DNA of 64,000 nucleotides from Curvularia clavata (Eukaryota): NCBI GenBank assembly GCA_023920165.1, contig CP089280.1, positions 1,736,001 to 1,800,000 of the forward strand, read 5' to 3'. Shown piece by piece: positions 63,259 to 64,000 of this stretch (position 1 is its first letter; each line of letters starts with the position of its first letter). The notes under the pieces were generated by a model. It saw only the letters and a program-made list of their open reading frames with translations, ran no database searches and was not told where the DNA came from. The position numbers and the translations under genes were made by a program.

Positions 63259-64000
63259 TTAGCGCCGACGGTCTCGGCTGCGGCTTCTTGTGCGACTCCT
63301 TGCCCGCCTGCGCCTATCTCTATCACGGCTTCTGTCACGACTCCTGTCACGACTCCGCTCCCTACTACGTTCTCGTTTCCGGTCACGTTCTCTGTCTTTT
63401 TCGTCTGCATCTGCACTGCTACCACCAGGTTGGTAGCAGTCGGATTCTTGACGTCTGCTGCCTCGTTCTCTCCCACCATCCCAGCGGTCATAGTCTCGGG
63501 ATCTGTAGCTGCGTGGACGATCGCGGCTGTCATCACGCCTACGAGATCTGCTGTCGTCACGCTTGCGGTCCCGGCTATCTTCGCGCTTTCGGGTGCTGGT
63601 GCTGGCGGTCGCGGCTGCTCCGCCACCAGGTACATAGCGATCAATGTTATCGGGACTCCTAGATCGAGAACGGTGGCGGCGGCGAACGGGAGACCGATCA
63701 CGATCATGATCACGGTCACGGTCACGACCATGTCGGCTTCGGGAACGAGAGCGAGTGCGGTCCCGACGTCGCTCGTCTCGAGCTGGCGAAGGGCTGCGTG
63801 TCTCGTAGCGAGATTTGCGGCGGCCCCCGAGTGTCTCTCGTGAACGGCTTCGACTGCCGCGGCGTGAGCGTCTATCGTCTCGGTCGTCTCGGTCACGTCT
63901 TCGACTGTCGTGTGAGGGCCTGTACGAATGTCTCTCATCTTCCCGTCGGGACCTCCGGTCGTCCTCGTAACGCGAGGAGCGCCGGTCGTAACGGCTTCCA
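63259..64000 (-). CDS. C-terminal Arg/Asp/Ser-rich (RS/RD) tail of a probable splicing or RNA-processing factor, partial
   Basis: Open frame ...RSRSRSPDNIDRYVPGG...RSRDRSRDR...DRRR* with TAA at 63259-63261; 5' end lies beyond the window. Confidence 0.7.
   Translation of the reverse strand, partial: GSRYDRRSSRYEDDRRSRREDERHSYRPSHDSRRRDRDDRDDRRSRRGSRSRSRETLGGRRKSRYETRSPSPARDERRRDRTRSRSRSRHGRDRDRDHDRDRSPVRRRHRSRSRSPDNIDRYVPGGGAAATASTSTRKREDSRDRKRDDSRSRRRDDSRDRPRSYRSRDYDRWDGGRERGSRRQESDCYQPGGSSADADEKDRERDRKRERSRERSRDRSRDRSRDRDRRRRARSRTRSRSRDRRR

Noticed and set aside
63081..63938. 285-aa ORF in the track
   Set aside because: Alternative frame of the RS/RD-rich coding tail.

Overview
Eukaryotic DNA from a filamentous ascomycete, probably a Dothideomycete/Pleosporales (inferred from gene content and short GT-AG introns with CTRAY branch points). 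Positions 1 to ~50.7 kb are a gene-dense core block: adenosine deaminase-like 3' end, an MFS permease, two GPI-anchored cell-wall proteins, MRT4, MDM10, a Pho2/RfeB-like homeobox factor, LCB2, SRP9/21, a DUF1308 protein, U1-70K, MRPL51, TPI1, HOT13-like, FEX1, a UPRTase, a DCG1-like racemase, an F-box protein, TIM9, a SAC7-like RhoGAP and DOT1. From ~50.7 to 62.6 kb lies an accessory-looking island. It holds a decaying secreted gene fusing a NucA/NucB-like nuclease domain to a subgroup-C (killer-toxin-like) GH18 chitinase and a Cys-rich tip. Also in the island are a divergent intact LysM + hevein (CBM18) gene, a small intervening ORF, an enoyl-reductase, an orphan chitinase linker with a different Cys-rich tip, and a divergent NADAR gene. 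Together these resemble a fungal polymorphic-toxin locus. Hidden signals in the core block include an in-frame cryptic PTS1 behind the TPI1 stop, an unannotated spliced 41-aa microprotein, three perfect SreA-type ATCTGATAA boxes upstream of the MFS gene, a 5'-splice-site array downstream of U1-70K, and a degenerate hairpin. All family calls come from motif recognition by eye; no database searches were run.
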